A DNA stretch of 64,000 nucleotides from Thermomicrobiales bacterium (GCA_023954495.1 JAMLIA010000006.1:4097-68096); one strand, 5' to 3'; counted from the stretch's first letter, positions 44,662 through 55,198 are shown. Translations and numbers: made by a program. The notes: generated by a model not told the origin, from the sequence alone.

Positions 44662-45564
44662 CTACGCTGCAATCGCTGGGACCACCACCTCGTCGGCAAC
44701 GGCCTCTGCCGTCCGGGTCGATCTGAGGGTCAGCATCAGCAGCAGGTTCGCGCCGAGCGCGAGGCACAGGCCCGCAACTGCAAGTGCTGAAACGTGCTCG
44801 CCATAGAAGAGCGCTCCCCAGACCGGTGAAATCGCCGGATTCACGAACGTGGCGACGGCGATGACGAATGCCGGTGCGGAAACCGATGCGCGGTTGTAGG
44901 TCACCGGTGCCAGGATGTAATGGATGCCAACCCAGGCGAGGAGCGTCGGGATCATCCACCAGACGAGGGTTCCGAACGCGCGCCAATCAACGAGCGGGAT
45001 GAGAACCAGACCGCCGACGAACATCGTCCAGGTTGCGGTCGCATCAACCCCAACACGCGGAACCAGACGACGTCCGGCAAGCGCCGACACCGAACCGGCG
45101 ATAGCCGCGATGAGCGCGAGCGCCAGCCCGCCGAGCACGTTCTCGCCGACAGATGAACCACGCCCAGCCATCAAGAGCAGGATGATGCCGGCCGCTCCGA
45201 TGGCCATCGCCGGGAGTGCTCTGGTGGGCACGCGATCGCCGAGGATCGGTCTGGCGATCAGTACCATCCAGAGTGGCAACGATGCGTACGCGAACGCAGC
45301 ATTGCCGATGCCCGCCAGCGTGATCGCTGCCGCCATCAGCGCGTTCGTCGCGCCGTTGGCAATGCCAAATCCGATGGCTTCCAGTCGCAACCGATTGTTC
45401 GGCAGGCGCAAGCGATGTCGCGGCGTCAGAACAGCCAGAACCGCGCCGGATACGAGCAGCGCACTCGCCATCAACGTTTGCGGTAGCGGTTCCCAACAGA
45501 TGACGACGCCACCAAACGACCAGACGAGCTGGCAGAGTCCGAGCATGAGAATCGCGCGGCGCAC
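44662..45564 (-). CDS. EamA/DMT-family transporter
   Basis: About 300 aa with 10 predicted TM helices. Likely starts are GTG 45564 or ATG 45546. The rest of ORF 44662..46185 is a spurious extension that runs antisense into the decarboxylase gene. Confidence 0.75.
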   Translation of the reverse strand: MRRAILMLGLCQLVWSFGGVVICWEPLPQTLMASALLVSGAVLAVLTPRHRLRLPNNRLRLEAIGFGIANGATNALMAAAITLAGIGNAAFAYASLPLWMVLIARPILGDRVPTRALPAMAIGAAGIILLLMAGRGSSVGENVLGGLALALIAAIAGSVSALAGRRLVPRVGVDATATWTMFVGGLVLIPLVDWRAFGTLVWWMIPTLLAWVGIHYILAPVTYNRASVSAPAFVIAVATFVNPAISPVWGALFYGEHVSALAVAGLCLALGANLLLMLTLRSTRTAEAVADEVVVPAIAA

Positions 45565-45687
45565 GAGAGTATCCTTCTGTGTGCTGGCGGCCAGATATGC
45601 GCAACACCGGTCGGTCGCGCCCGAGACCGGCGGAAGTGTACTCGGCGCGACGGACCTTGCCGAGCGGGATATCAAGGGAGACAGACC

Positions 45688-47088
45688 GTGGATCGAGAAC
45701 TGTACATTGAGCACCTTCGACGCTCGTTTGATGCCGTCGATACCTGGCACGCCGACGGTGCTGCATTGCCTCCTGATTCGACTATGGACGTCGCGCCCGA
45801 GCGTGTTGCCGAAGTGCTCGGCGACCTTACCGCGCGCCTCGCAGATAACTACCCATACGGCCATCCGCGCTATGCGGGGCAGATGCTGAAGCCGCCGCAT
45901 CCGGTGGCGAGCCTCGCCTATGCCATCGCGATGCAGATCAACCCGAACAATCACGCCCTGGACGGCGGTGCTGCGACATCCCATCTGGAGCGTGAAGTCG
46001 TCGCCAATCTGGCCAGGATGTTTGGTTACCCCGACGAACACCTCGGGCACCTCACCAGCGGCGGGACAATCGCCAACATCGAGGCGCTCTGGGTCGCCCG
46101 CTGCCTGCACCCGGATCGCGCAATCGCGGCCAGCGATCAGGCGCACTACACGCACGCACGCGGCAGCGCCGTGTTGAACGCGCAATTCATATCGATCGCC
46201 TCAGATGCAGCCGGACGCATTGATCTTGACGCCCTCGAATCAGAGTTGCGGACTGGTCGAGTCGGTACAGTCGTTGCCACGGCGGGCAGCACCGGGCTAG
46301 GCAAGGTCGATCCGATTCATGAGATCATCCCGCTCGCCCGGCAGTACGGAGCGCGCGTGCACGTCGATGCCGCCTACGGAGGATTCCATACGCTGCTGGC
46401 GCAACGCAGCGAACCGCCGATCGATCCAGCACCGTTCCTGGCGATTGCTGAGGCAGACAGTGTCGTCGTCGATCCGCATAAGCATGGGTTGCAGCCATAT
46501 GGTTGCGGTTCGGTGATCTTTCGCGATCCCGGTATCGGACGCTTCTACGTTCACGATTCGCCATACACTTACTTCACGTCAGACGAGATGCATCTCGGCG
46601 AGATCACGCTCGAGTGTTCGCGGGCCGGTGCTGCTGCAGCCGCGCTGTGGGCGACGTTGGAGTGCATCCCGCTCGAACCTGACGCAGGTCTTGGCGCGAT
46701 CCTGGCGAAGTCGCGGGCGGCGGCGCTGCGGTGGGCTGAGATCATCGAAGCAGATGGACTGTTCAGACTGGTTGTCGATCCCGATCTGGACATTCTCTCG
46801 TTCTATCCGAGTCCGGCTGTCGTCGGTTCGCCATCGGCGAGCGCGCTGTCAGACGCCGCCGATCGCCAGTTTCTCGCCGCCGAGCGCGATACCGAGAGCC
46901 CGATCTATCTGGCAAAGCTCAGCGTTGACCAGCGACAATTGGCGGAACGCGACCCGGAGATCGTCTGGGACCAGCCGACAATGACCGTTATTCGAAGCGT
47001 GTTGATGAAGCCGGAGCACTACGACGCCGTACCACTGCTGCATCAAACGCTCGTGCGCCAGCTAGAATCGCTTTCGGAGGCTGTGTGA
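45688..47088 (+). CDS. PLP-dependent decarboxylase (group II, fold type I)
   Basis: 466-aa ORF with the PLP-lysine motif [15 protein letters not shown] and the [10 protein letters not shown] motif. Confidence 0.8.
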   Translation: MDRELYIEHLRRSFDAVDTWHADGAALPPDSTMDVAPERVAEVLGDLTARLADNYPYGHPRYAGQMLKPPHPVASLAYAIAMQINPNNHALDGGAATSHLEREVVANLARMFGYPDEHLGHLTSGGTIANIEALWVARCLHPDRAIAASDQAHYTHARGSAVLNAQFISIASDAAGRIDLDALESELRTGRVGTVVATAGSTGLGKVDPIHEIIPLARQYGARVHVDAAYGGFHTLLAQRSEPPIDPAPFLAIAEADSVVVDPHKHGLQPYGCGSVIFRDPGIGRFYVHDSPYTYFTSDEMHLGEITLECSRAGAAAAALWATLECIPLEPDAGLGAILAKSRAAALRWAEIIEADGLFRLVVDPDLDILSFYPSPAVVGSPSASALSDAADRQFLAAERDTESPIYLAKLSVDQRQLAERDPEIVWDQPTMTVIRSVLMKPEHYDAVPLLHQTLVRQLESLSEAV

Positions 47089-47735
47089 TTTTCAATTTCA
47101 ATGCGCCGGTGGCAGATCTGTTTGAGACTCGCGTGACGTTCACGACCTACGGGCGGATCGTCCGCCTGCAGATTCAGGAGTCGTCACTGAAGGTCGGGCC
47201 GCCACGCGGACGCACATACGACCCCACACCGATTCGCAGCGTCGAGCGCCTCAAGATCACGCCCGACGGCGCGTCGGCGATCGTCGACGGCGCGGAAGTC
47301 ATCGACGTGCACAACGCGTTGCATCCAAGTTCAAAGAATCGCGATGGTATCAACGATCTGTCACTCGCCTTCACCTCCAACTACGACAAGATGCGCGCGA
47401 AGCTGGGCGACCATCTCGTCGATGGCATCGCCGGTGAAAGCATCCTGGTGGATTCCGATGCTGCTCCGTCGCTGGAAGAGTTGGCGTTTGGTCTCGAAAT
47501 CGAGACCGAGTCCGGCGACTGGATTGTGCTCGTCGAGGCTTCGGTCGCCCATCCGTGCGTCGAGTTCAGCCGGTTCTGTCTGGGCCCGGAGCGCAGCGAG
47601 CCGCGCCAGCTCAAGGAGACGTTGCAGTTTCTGGACGACGGGATGCGCGGCTACTATCTTGGCCTGCCCGACGTTGAACCAGTCGAGATCGCGCTGGGCG
47701 CGCGCGTGCGCTGGTCGCGCTTCGGCATAGACTAG
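47085..47735 (+). CDS. MOSC-domain-like protein
   Basis: The start overlaps the decarboxylase stop (GTGA). MOSC-like features are present: ..[12 protein letters not shown].., ..[11 protein letters not shown].., ..MRGYYLGL....IALGARV. Confidence 0.5.
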   Translation: MIFNFNAPVADLFETRVTFTTYGRIVRLQIQESSLKVGPPRGRTYDPTPIRSVERLKITPDGASAIVDGAEVIDVHNALHPSSKNRDGINDLSLAFTSNYDKMRAKLGDHLVDGIAGESILVDSDAAPSLEELAFGLEIETESGDWIVLVEASVAHPCVEFSRFCLGPERSEPRQLKETLQFLDDGMRGYYLGLPDVEPVEIALGARVRWSRFGID

Positions 47736-48703
47736 GCAGTTGATCTGGCCATAGCGCGAGCATTCAGTACTGCCGCCGTGACGAGGCAGCCCCAGACGAG
47801 CGTCGCTGCCGCGAGATGACTGATGCGGACCCAGTCCGCCAGCTCCAGCCAGATGTTCGCTGCACCAATCAGCGTTTCTATGAGCACGAATCCCAGCGCT
47901 GCGAGTGCGAAGAGCGTGAGCGGTGCGCTTGCCCCGACGTTTCGCACTGACGCGAGCACAAGCCAGATGATCGCGACCAGCGCGAACAGCACCATCCAGC
48001 GATGCAAAACGTGGATGTCGACGAGCGACCAGCCTGTTGGCACGTACTTATCTCCGCATAGCGGCCAAGACGGGCATGCCCAGGCTGCCCCGCTCGAGGC
48101 CGTGTAGGCCCCGGTTAGCAAGAGGATGAACGTTGTCGCGCAGGCCGCCGCCGCCGCGCGCCCGATGGCGGCCGATCCGCGTGCAGTGTCACGTCGTAGC
48201 CGCTTGCTGCCAAACAGCGCGATGACAATCACGACCGCGAAATAGGCTTGCGCCATGCCCAGGTGAGCCGTCACTGCGCGAGGATCGAGTTCGGCAAAGA
48301 CCGTGACAGCGCCGAGCCCAGCCTGCAACAGGACGAGCGCGAGCGCCGACACCGAAAGCCCACGGCGAATGTCATGCGGCGGTACTGTGCGCCAGGCAAC
48401 GATGGTCAGCGCGGTGGTCAGGAGCAGGATCAGGCCGGCGACGACGCGGTGGAGGTACTCGATCGCTGTCAGGTAGGTGAAGGTCGGGATCACCTTGCCG
48501 TTGCAAATGGGCCAGTCGTCGCCGCAACCCATCCCGGCACCCTCGATTCGGACAACGCCGCCGATGAGAATGAGCACGTAGCCCAGAATGACTGTGGTGA
48601 TCCCGAGGTGTTCGAGCGTGACACGTTGCCGGATTCTGGCTAGCCCACGTCTCCAGCCCGCTGATGATGCTCTCTCCGCCACGCCCCGCACCCTTCTGAG
48701 CAC
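47732..48703 (-). CDS. ctaA: Heme A synthase (COX15/CtaA family)
   Basis: 323-aa polytopic ORF with motifs GAGMGCGDDWPICNG and EYLHRVVAG, and a paired second half (HVLHRW.., ISHLAAA). Confidence 0.8.
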   Translation of the reverse strand: MLRRVRGVAERASSAGWRRGLARIRQRVTLEHLGITTVILGYVLILIGGVVRIEGAGMGCGDDWPICNGKVIPTFTYLTAIEYLHRVVAGLILLLTTALTIVAWRTVPPHDIRRGLSVSALALVLLQAGLGAVTVFAELDPRAVTAHLGMAQAYFAVVIVIALFGSKRLRRDTARGSAAIGRAAAAACATTFILLLTGAYTASSGAAWACPSWPLCGDKYVPTGWSLVDIHVLHRWMVLFALVAIIWLVLASVRNVGASAPLTLFALAALGFVLIETLIGAANIWLELADWVRISHLAAATLVWGCLVTAAVLNARAMARSTA

Positions 48704-48804
48704 ACTCGCTCACACGCGAACGGACCCGCCACCGGGAGGGTCCGCTCACATATAGGTACTTATTGGCTTGCGAGGCTATGACCTAGCGCACACGACAGCG
48801 TGCA

Positions 48805-49860
48805 CTAGAGGCCGACCGCGCTCGGTGAACTGCTGGAGAACGCCGCGATCAGGCGCACTGCCTCTTCAAAGTCTGACAAGCGCAGCGTGGCATATGGGGA
48901 GTGGATATAGCGGCACGGCAGCGAGACCGCACCCGCCAGCACTCCGGCGCGCGACCGATGAATCGCGCCGGCATCGGTACCGCCCGGAGCAGGGACCTGG
49001 TACTGATAGCGAATTGAGTTCGCTTCGGCAGTGTCGGAAAGCGCTCGAATGACACGCGGCATCCCGATCATGCCGCTGTCCATGATTCGGATCGACGGGC
49101 CGAGTCCCTGGCGCGTTGGTTGCCGTGCTGCTGGCACGCCCGGCATGTCGGCTGCGACCGTACCTTCAAGCGCGATGGCGATGTCGGGGTCGATGTGGAA
49201 CGCGGCAGTTTGCGCACCACGCAAGCCGACTTCCTCCTGGACAGTGAAGGCCGCCACGACGGTGTACTCCGCCTCTAACCCCTGCAACTCCTCGAGCGCG
49301 CGAATGATGACGGCGCATCCGGCGCGGTCGTCCAGTGCCTTGCCCATGACAACGTCATCGCCGAGCTGTTCGAACCCGTAGGAGATGACGGCTGGCGAGC
49401 CGATACGAATGCCCATGTCGCGCACCTCGTCCGCCGAACGCGCGCCGACATCAATAAAGAGATCCTCAATGCGGAACGGTCGATCGCGATCCTCAGGTCG
49501 CAGGATGTGCGGCGGTGCGGTGCCGATCATGCCGCGGACGAACGTGTCGTTGTCAGTTCGGATCGTGATGGCGTGGGCAGGCACGATGCGCGCATCCCAG
49601 CCACCAATCGTCGTGAAACGCAGGAAGCCGCCATCCTCGATCCAGGTCACCATGAAGCCGATCTCGTCCATGTGAGCGTCGAGCATCAGGACCTTGTCAC
49701 CGGTGCCGCGCTTGATCGCGACGAGGTTGCCGAGCGTATCGACCTGCGTGTCATCGACGTACGGTTCCACGAGCTTCGTGATCTCGTCACGAACCAGATC
49801 TTCAAAGCCCGACGGCCCGACAATCTCCGACAGCGTCCTGAGAACCTCGACTGAATCCAT
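48805..49860 (-). CDS. M42-family aminopeptidase (FrvX/glutamyl aminopeptidase-like)
   Basis: Motifs: VGPSGFEDLVRDEI, MLDAHMDEIGFMV, KALDDRAGCAV and FTVQEEVGLRGA. ATG 49860 lies behind a GGAAGGAAG RBS. Confidence 0.85.
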   Translation of the reverse strand: MDSVEVLRTLSEIVGPSGFEDLVRDEITKLVEPYVDDTQVDTLGNLVAIKRGTGDKVLMLDAHMDEIGFMVTWIEDGGFLRFTTIGGWDARIVPAHAITIRTDNDTFVRGMIGTAPPHILRPEDRDRPFRIEDLFIDVGARSADEVRDMGIRIGSPAVISYGFEQLGDDVVMGKALDDRAGCAVIIRALEELQGLEAEYTVVAAFTVQEEVGLRGAQTAAFHIDPDIAIALEGTVAADMPGVPAARQPTRQGLGPSIRIMDSGMIGMPRVIRALSDTAEANSIRYQYQVPAPGGTDAGAIHRSRAGVLAGAVSLPCRYIHSPYATLRLSDFEEAVRLIAAFSSSSPSAVGL

Positions 49861-50031
49861 TGCGCTTCCTTCCCGTACGAATGCCATGTTCAGTTGCATC
49901 GTCGCATACGTCGTTGCAAGTCGGGCGATACTAGCACTCGAGAACCGGGATCCGATATGAGGGGGACTCGCATGCAGATCATTCGCTTGAGGATGTGTTT
50001 GTCGACATTGAGCAGCGTCACAGAAGAGTCG

Positions 50032-51339
50032 ATGCAACGACTCTTCGACTATCTACGCCGTCCGAGTATCAGCGCCTGGGGAGATGGTATCGGCGAGGTC
50101 GCTGACTACATTGCGGGCATTCTCGAACAGATCGGGTTGACATCGCAGGTCATGCCGACATCTGGCTGGCCGATGGTTGTGGCGCGCTCGGAGCCGGTGC
50201 CGGGCACTCCGACGGTGATGATTTACGGGCACTACGATGTGCAGCCACCCGACCCTATCGAGGCGTGGCTGTCGCCGCCCTTTGAGCCAACTGTGCGCGA
50301 CGGGCGCATTTACGCGCGTGGTGTTGGCGACAACAAGGGTCAGCACTTTGCCAATATCCTCGCAATTGAGTCGCTGCTGCGCGTGCGTGGCTCACTGCCG
50401 TGCAACGTTATCGTGTTGCTTGAAGGTGAGGAAGAGGTTGGCAGCCCGCATATGGCCGAGTTCGTCCGCGAGCATCGCGATCTGCTCGACGCTGACCTCG
50501 TCATCACCAGCGACGGGCCAGTCGACGACAGTGGCCGCTCGATGCTCACTTTCGGTGTGCGTGGCGTACTTTCATTCGAGCTGCGCGCTCGCGGTGCGAA
50601 CCGTGATCTGCATTCGGGTAACTGGGGCGGTGTCGTGCCAAACCCACTCTGGTCGCTCGTGCAGTTGCTCGCGACGATGAAGGATGCCAACGGCACGGTC
50701 ACGATCAACGGCTTCTACGACAGTGTTCGTCCTCTGGGCGATCTGGAGCGCGCCGCCCTGGCTGAGCTGAACGTTGATGTCGAAGGCGTCAAGCAGTCGC
50801 TCGACCTGCGTGATCTTGATGTGCCGCTCGATCGAGGCTACTTCGAGCGCCTGTCGGCCTGGCCGACCTTCACGATCAATGGCTTTCACGGTGGCTATGG
50901 CGGACCCGGCTCCAAGACGGTCCTGCCGCACGAAGGCGTCGTGAAGTGCGATATCCGCATGGTTGCCGATCAGACTGCTGACGAGGTGTTTGCCAAGGTC
51001 GCGGACCATGTTGCGCGCCACGCACCGGATGTGGAGCTCGTCCGGCAGGGCTCAATGGACCCATCGAAGACGCCGCTCGACTCGCCGTTTGCCGGCCCGA
51101 TCGCTGAGGGCATCACACTCGCGCAATCCGAGCGCCCGCTCATCGTTCCGGCGCTGGGCGGCAGTCTGCCGGACTATGTCTTCACGCGCGATCTGGGTAT
51201 CCCGGCGTTTGGCGTTCCGTACGCCAACTCCGACGAATCCAACCACGCGCCAAACGAGAATCTTGAGGTCCGTCGATTCTTTATGGGCATTCGCACTGGT
51301 GCGGCGATGCTCGACCGACTCGGCGCGATGGGCAAATAA
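50032..51339 (+). CDS. M20-family dipeptidase/peptidase
   Basis: Motifs: YGHYDVQP, RGVGDNKG, and LLEGEEEVGS (the catalytic EE). The start is ATG 50032 or 49993. Confidence 0.85.
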   Translation: MQRLFDYLRRPSISAWGDGIGEVADYIAGILEQIGLTSQVMPTSGWPMVVARSEPVPGTPTVMIYGHYDVQPPDPIEAWLSPPFEPTVRDGRIYARGVGDNKGQHFANILAIESLLRVRGSLPCNVIVLLEGEEEVGSPHMAEFVREHRDLLDADLVITSDGPVDDSGRSMLTFGVRGVLSFELRARGANRDLHSGNWGGVVPNPLWSLVQLLATMKDANGTVTINGFYDSVRPLGDLERAALAELNVDVEGVKQSLDLRDLDVPLDRGYFERLSAWPTFTINGFHGGYGGPGSKTVLPHEGVVKCDIRMVADQTADEVFAKVADHVARHAPDVELVRQGSMDPSKTPLDSPFAGPIAEGITLAQSERPLIVPALGGSLPDYVFTRDLGIPAFGVPYANSDESNHAPNENLEVRRFFMGIRTGAAMLDRLGAMGK

Positions 51340-51433
51340 ATGCCGCGTCTATCTGTCGTGAGACGGAAGTTGCGGCTATCATGCACCTGGATTGACTCAT
51401 TGAGGGGTAGGGGTACGAAGTCAAGGAGGACAC

Positions 51434-52621
51434 ATGGCCGATATTCTCGAAGTGCGTAATCAACTGCCGGGCGTGACCGACACCGTCTATCTGAACACCG
51501 GCACCTGCGGACCGTTGCCAATGGTGGCGTACGAAGCAATGCAGGAGGAGATGAAGCACGACCTGACCAAGGCGCGCATCGACTCTGATCATTTCCCCAA
51601 TATCGGACGGAAGCGCAATGACGTCCGAGAGGCGGTCGCTTCGTATGTCGGAGCAGACCCGACCGAGATTGCGGTCACTGCCAGCACGACCGATGGTATG
51701 TACGTCTCGATCATGGGTTATCGCTGGCAGGCGGGCGACGAGCTGTTGCTGAGTAACATCGAGCATCCGGGCGGCATGGTGCCGTCGTTCCTCGCCAAGC
51801 GTCGCTACGGCGTCCGCATCAGGGTCGTTGACATTGGCATCGGCGGTGGGGATCCGGCGGATGTCGTCGCGGCCTTCGAGCGCGCAATCACGCCACGAAC
51901 CCGCATGATCGTCGTCTCGCACGTCTCCTACACGACTGGCGCGAAGCTGCCGCTCAAAGAGCTGGTCGCGATGGCACACGCGCACGATGTACTGGTCGTC
52001 GCAGATGCTGCGCAGTCTTACGGCCCCCTCGATCTCGATCTTCACGACATCGGCGTCGATGCCTATGCCGGGTCGGGCCAGAAGTGGATGTGCGGGCCGG
52101 ACGGCACCGGCATGCTCTATATCCGGGCTGATCGCGTCGGCGACTTCGAGCAGTCGTTCGTTGCCGGCGGCATCACGATGGGCTCGCTCGACTACTTCGG
52201 TGGCTCCTATCAGCCGGCAGCCGGCACGGCGCGCTTCGATACCGCCGGACGCAACACGATCCTGACCGCCGGCCAGGCGGCTGCGACTCGCTGGATCGCT
52301 CAGGATCTGGGCAAAGAGTGGGTGGCAAATCAGGTCAAGGACATGGCCGGCCTCGCATACGACGAACTGTCGCGACTCCCCGGCGTCACGGTCGTGACCC
52401 CGCGAGAGGCGATGGCGGGCCTGATCGCGTTCAACGTGAACGGCATTGCTGGCCCTGACCTTTCGGCGCGCATGGCGCAAGACCATAACGTCACCATCCG
52501 ATACGTCACGAAGTACATCAACAACCCCGAGGCGGCCCGTGTCTCGCTCCATTACTTCAATACGCCCGAGGACATCGGTGCGTTGACCGAAGGCATCCAA
52601 TCGATTCAGGGTACGTTGTAG
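51434..52621 (+). CDS. Class V aminotransferase / cysteine-desulfurase-like PLP enzyme
   Basis: 395-aa ORF with the PLP-lysine region GSGQKWMCGPDGTG. A AAGGAGG RBS lies upstream. Confidence 0.85.
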   Translation: MADILEVRNQLPGVTDTVYLNTGTCGPLPMVAYEAMQEEMKHDLTKARIDSDHFPNIGRKRNDVREAVASYVGADPTEIAVTASTTDGMYVSIMGYRWQAGDELLLSNIEHPGGMVPSFLAKRRYGVRIRVVDIGIGGGDPADVVAAFERAITPRTRMIVVSHVSYTTGAKLPLKELVAMAHAHDVLVVADAAQSYGPLDLDLHDIGVDAYAGSGQKWMCGPDGTGMLYIRADRVGDFEQSFVAGGITMGSLDYFGGSYQPAAGTARFDTAGRNTILTAGQAAATRWIAQDLGKEWVANQVKDMAGLAYDELSRLPGVTVVTPREAMAGLIAFNVNGIAGPDLSARMAQDHNVTIRYVTKYINNPEAARVSLHYFNTPEDIGALTEGIQSIQGTL

Positions 52622-53050
52622 ATGAAGCCGCATCTTCCGACGGTTGAAGAGCTGAACGACTGGTCGCCCGGCTCGCTCGTCGAGCTGCTCGGCATCACGA
52701 TCACCTCGGTCGAGCAGGGCCGGCTGACCGGTGAATGCCCGGTTCGCCCCGAGCTGATGGCTCCGAACGGCTATCTGCACGCGGCAACCGTCGTGGCCAT
52801 CGCCGACACGGTGTCAGGGTTTGGTACTCGCGCTCATCTTCCCGAAGGGGCACTCGGATTCACCACGATTGAACTGAAGTCGAACTTCCTTGGCACTGCC
52901 CGCGCGGGCATGGTGGACTGCGACGCGGTGCTGCGCCACGGCGGCAGAACCACCCAGGTCTGGGATGCGACCGTGACCCATCGCGATACCGGCAAGGTCA
53001 TTGCGCTGTTCCGGTGCAGCCAGATGATTCTGTATCCGGGTCGCGGCTGA
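52622..53050 (+). CDS. PaaI-family hotdog-fold thioesterase
   Basis: 142-aa ORF with motifs NGYLHAATVVAIADTVSG and ..GRTTQVWDATV. The ATG immediately follows the upstream TAG. Confidence 0.85.
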   Translation: MKPHLPTVEELNDWSPGSLVELLGITITSVEQGRLTGECPVRPELMAPNGYLHAATVVAIADTVSGFGTRAHLPEGALGFTTIELKSNFLGTARAGMVDCDAVLRHGGRTTQVWDATVTHRDTGKVIALFRCSQMILYPGRG

Positions 53051-53075
53051 TTCCAGCGCCCCGAGCGCGTACACT

Positions 53076-53121
53076 GAGATATCGCGAGGCGACATCGGCG
53101 TCGCCTGGCGATATCTCTTTT
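53076..53121 (+). terminator. Intrinsic terminator after the thioesterase gene
   Basis: The stem gagatatcgcgaggcgac / gtcgcctggcgatatctc (about 17 bp, one bulge) is followed directly by TTTT (53118..53121). Confidence 0.7.
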
Positions 53122-53138
53122 GCCGTGGAAGGTCGCTG

Positions 53139-53672
53139 ATGAGAGCGCGAGACGTGCGCGGCATGACGACAATCGGTGTTCTTGCCGTCGCCGGATACAT
53201 TGCAACCGTCTTTGCCGCCAACTGGGCCATCGACCGCTGGGGCGCGGTGCCGGTCGGATTCGGGCTGGTCGCCCCGGCCGGGGTCTATTTCGCCGGGCTG
53301 GCTTTCACACTGCGCGACATCACCCAGGATACGCTTGGTCGGTCGTGGGTGCTTGCCGCGATCATCATCGGGGCGTTGCTCTCTGCGTTCGTGTCGACAC
53401 AGTTCGCGCTCGCCAGTGGAGTTGCGTTTCTCTTCAGCGAGCTGTTCGACTTCGCCGTCTACACCCCGCTGCGTGATCGCAACTGGCTGGGTGCAGTCGC
53501 GCTGTCCAACGTCGTCGGACTGATCACGGACTCGGTGCTGTTCCTCTGGATCGCGTTCGGGTCCCTGGAGTTCCTCAACGGCCAGATCGTCGGCAAAGCA
53601 TGGGTAACGCTCGCCGCTGTCGCCGTCCTGCTCGTCTGGCGCAGATACGCCGCGCGTCCGGAGTTGATCTAA
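53139..53672 (+). CDS. yhhQ: VUT-family (YhhQ/DUF165) queuosine-precursor transporter-like membrane protein
   Basis: 177-aa polytopic ORF with motifs FAANWAIDRWG..VPVGFGLVAPAGVYFAGLAFTLRDI and ELFDFAVYTPLR. Confidence 0.75.
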   Translation: MRARDVRGMTTIGVLAVAGYIATVFAANWAIDRWGAVPVGFGLVAPAGVYFAGLAFTLRDITQDTLGRSWVLAAIIIGALLSAFVSTQFALASGVAFLFSELFDFAVYTPLRDRNWLGAVALSNVVGLITDSVLFLWIAFGSLEFLNGQIVGKAWVTLAAVAVLLVWRRYAARPELI

Positions 53673-53710
53673 GAGGTTCTTCGGAGCGCCGGTTCAATAA
53701 GCAGGATACG

Positions 53711-53914
53711 GGACTTTGGCGTGGCTGCGTTCGTCTGTGTCGAACGGGTGGGAGATCGTTCGGTTGCGACCTCAGGATGACAGGAGGCGTGAGGGCCTGC
53801 CGGCTCGGAATACTCGCCATTGCTGGCAATGACGGGCTGCTGGATTGGCAACCTCCCGCTTGTCCTGTCATCTCGAACCGCAGTGAGAGATCTCCCACCC
53901 GTCCGACAAAGTCC
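53711..53914. ncRNA. Candidate structured RNA: ~200-nt rod-like imperfect hairpin (6S-RNA-like layout), alternatively a MITE-like inverted repeat
   Basis: Pairings read directly from the sequence: 53711-18/53907-14, 53739-57/53889-907 (19 bp, 1 mismatch), 53776-85/53863-72 (10 bp), 53786-94/53852-60, and an apical hairpin 53815-23/53826-34. An 18/16-nt internal loop lies at 53758-75/53873-88. The element sits between convergent gene ends. Confidence 0.3.
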
Positions 53915-53938
53915 AGCACGGAGGAGTGACCACCAGCG

Positions 53939-55198
53939 CTACGACAGTGCAACCCGTGGTGAGCGTGCGAACGGGACGGCGAGGGCTGCGCCGACCACCA
54001 TCAGAACCGCCATCATTGGCCAGATCACGCCCGGGTTCGGCAAGTCAAGCCCGATCCCGGCTGCAAACGTTGCGACCGCATACGATCCGCCCCAGACGAT
54101 GCTCGTTGCCGAGAAGTAGCGTCCGCGCAGGTGAACCGGTGCCAGCCGAACCGGCACGACAGCAGTCACCGGCATGAACAGCACCTCACCGGCTGTAAAG
54201 GCGACGAACGCTGCGGCGGCCGAGATGACGCCAAACGTGGGTGTCGCGAGAACGAAGATGAACGCGATCGTCCAGAAGATCGCGCCACCGATAAGCGGCG
54301 GACCGACGCGTCCGCGATTGATCCAGGCAGCGATCGGGATCTGCGTTGAGACCACGATCAGCGTGTTCAGCAGGAACAGCCCGCCGATTGTGCCTTCGCC
54401 GATTCCGGCTTCCTCACGGAGAAACGCCGGGACGCTCATCGTGATCTGGGTGAAGCCAAAGACGAGAATGAACATGATCGTCATCGAGAACATGAACGTC
54501 CGGTCAGCGATGACATCAGCCCAGGTGCCGTGGCGTCCATCTTCGTTGGTCGACGGTAGTCGAATCGCCGGAACCATGCGCCAGACAAGCAGCGCTGCAC
54601 CGGCGATGAGGACAGAGCTGATCAGGAAGAGCATCCGGTATTCGCGCATGCCGCCGCCGGCGACGATCAGTCCGCCGATCATGCCGCCCAGACCGAGCCC
54701 GATGGCGTTGGCAACGTGCAGCACCGACATCGCTTCGGCCACCAGCGCCCGCTTGGTCAGCGATGCGATCGTCGCGTCGGACGCCGGCCAATAAACCTGG
54801 CTTGCGCAATTGAGCACTGCAGTGATGGCGAGGAACGACCATATCGATGTCCCCCACGGATAAATCACTGTGGCGGACGCCAGCGTCACCATGCAGACAA
54901 GAAGCACCGGACGACCGCCGCGACGGTCGATCTGTCCGGCCACAAGCGTCAGGAAGCCGATGCCGCCGAGGCTGGCAATGGCAATGCCGCTGCCAACGAT
55001 GCTGGCGCGCAGACCGACGATCTGCGAGAAGAAGATGACCAGGAACGGGATCGTCATGCCGCGACCCGTCCAGAGCACAAGATTGCAGAACGCCATCAGC
55101 CAGACCGGGCCTGGATGCGTCCCCAGCAGTTCGCGGAGCTTGCCGAACAGCGACGTTCGTTGTGTTGTTGGCGGCTCCTGCGCGACGATGTCCGACAC
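53939..55198 (-). CDS. MFS transporter
   Basis: About 420 aa with 12 predicted TM helices. GTG 55198 lies behind a GGAAGGGG RBS; ATG 55228 is an alternative start. Confidence 0.8.
   Translation of the reverse strand: MSDIVAQEPPTTQRTSLFGKLRELLGTHPGPVWLMAFCNLVLWTGRGMTIPFLVIFFSQIVGLRASIVGSGIAIASLGGIGFLTLVAGQIDRRGGRPVLLVCMVTLASATVIYPWGTSIWSFLAITAVLNCASQVYWPASDATIASLTKRALVAEAMSVLHVANAIGLGLGGMIGGLIVAGGGMREYRMLFLISSVLIAGAALLVWRMVPAIRLPSTNEDGRHGTWADVIADRTFMFSMTIMFILVFGFTQITMSVPAFLREEAGIGEGTIGGLFLLNTLIVVSTQIPIAAWINRGRVGPPLIGGAIFWTIAFIFVLATPTFGVISAAAAFVAFTAGEVLFMPVTAVVPVRLAPVHLRGRYFSATSIVWGGSYAVATFAAGIGLDLPNPGVIWPMMAVLMVVGAALAVPFARSPRVALS

Noticed and set aside
45565-46185. N-terminal 200-aa extension of the EamA transporter ORF (the 507-aa version)
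   Set aside because: The extension is non-hydrophobic, R-rich and antisense to the well-supported decarboxylase gene. The transporter core starts near 45546-45564.
51281-52780. 499-aa minus-strand ORF
   Set aside because: It is antisense to the class V aminotransferase and thioesterase genes and has no motifs or RBS.
53051-53138. Possible preQ1 riboswitch upstream of the YhhQ/VUT-family transporter gene
   Set aside because: Genes of this family are often preQ1-regulated, but the gap holds only a long hairpin plus TTTT, which fits a terminator for the upstream thioesterase gene. I see no small hairpin followed by an A-rich tail as in preQ1-I.
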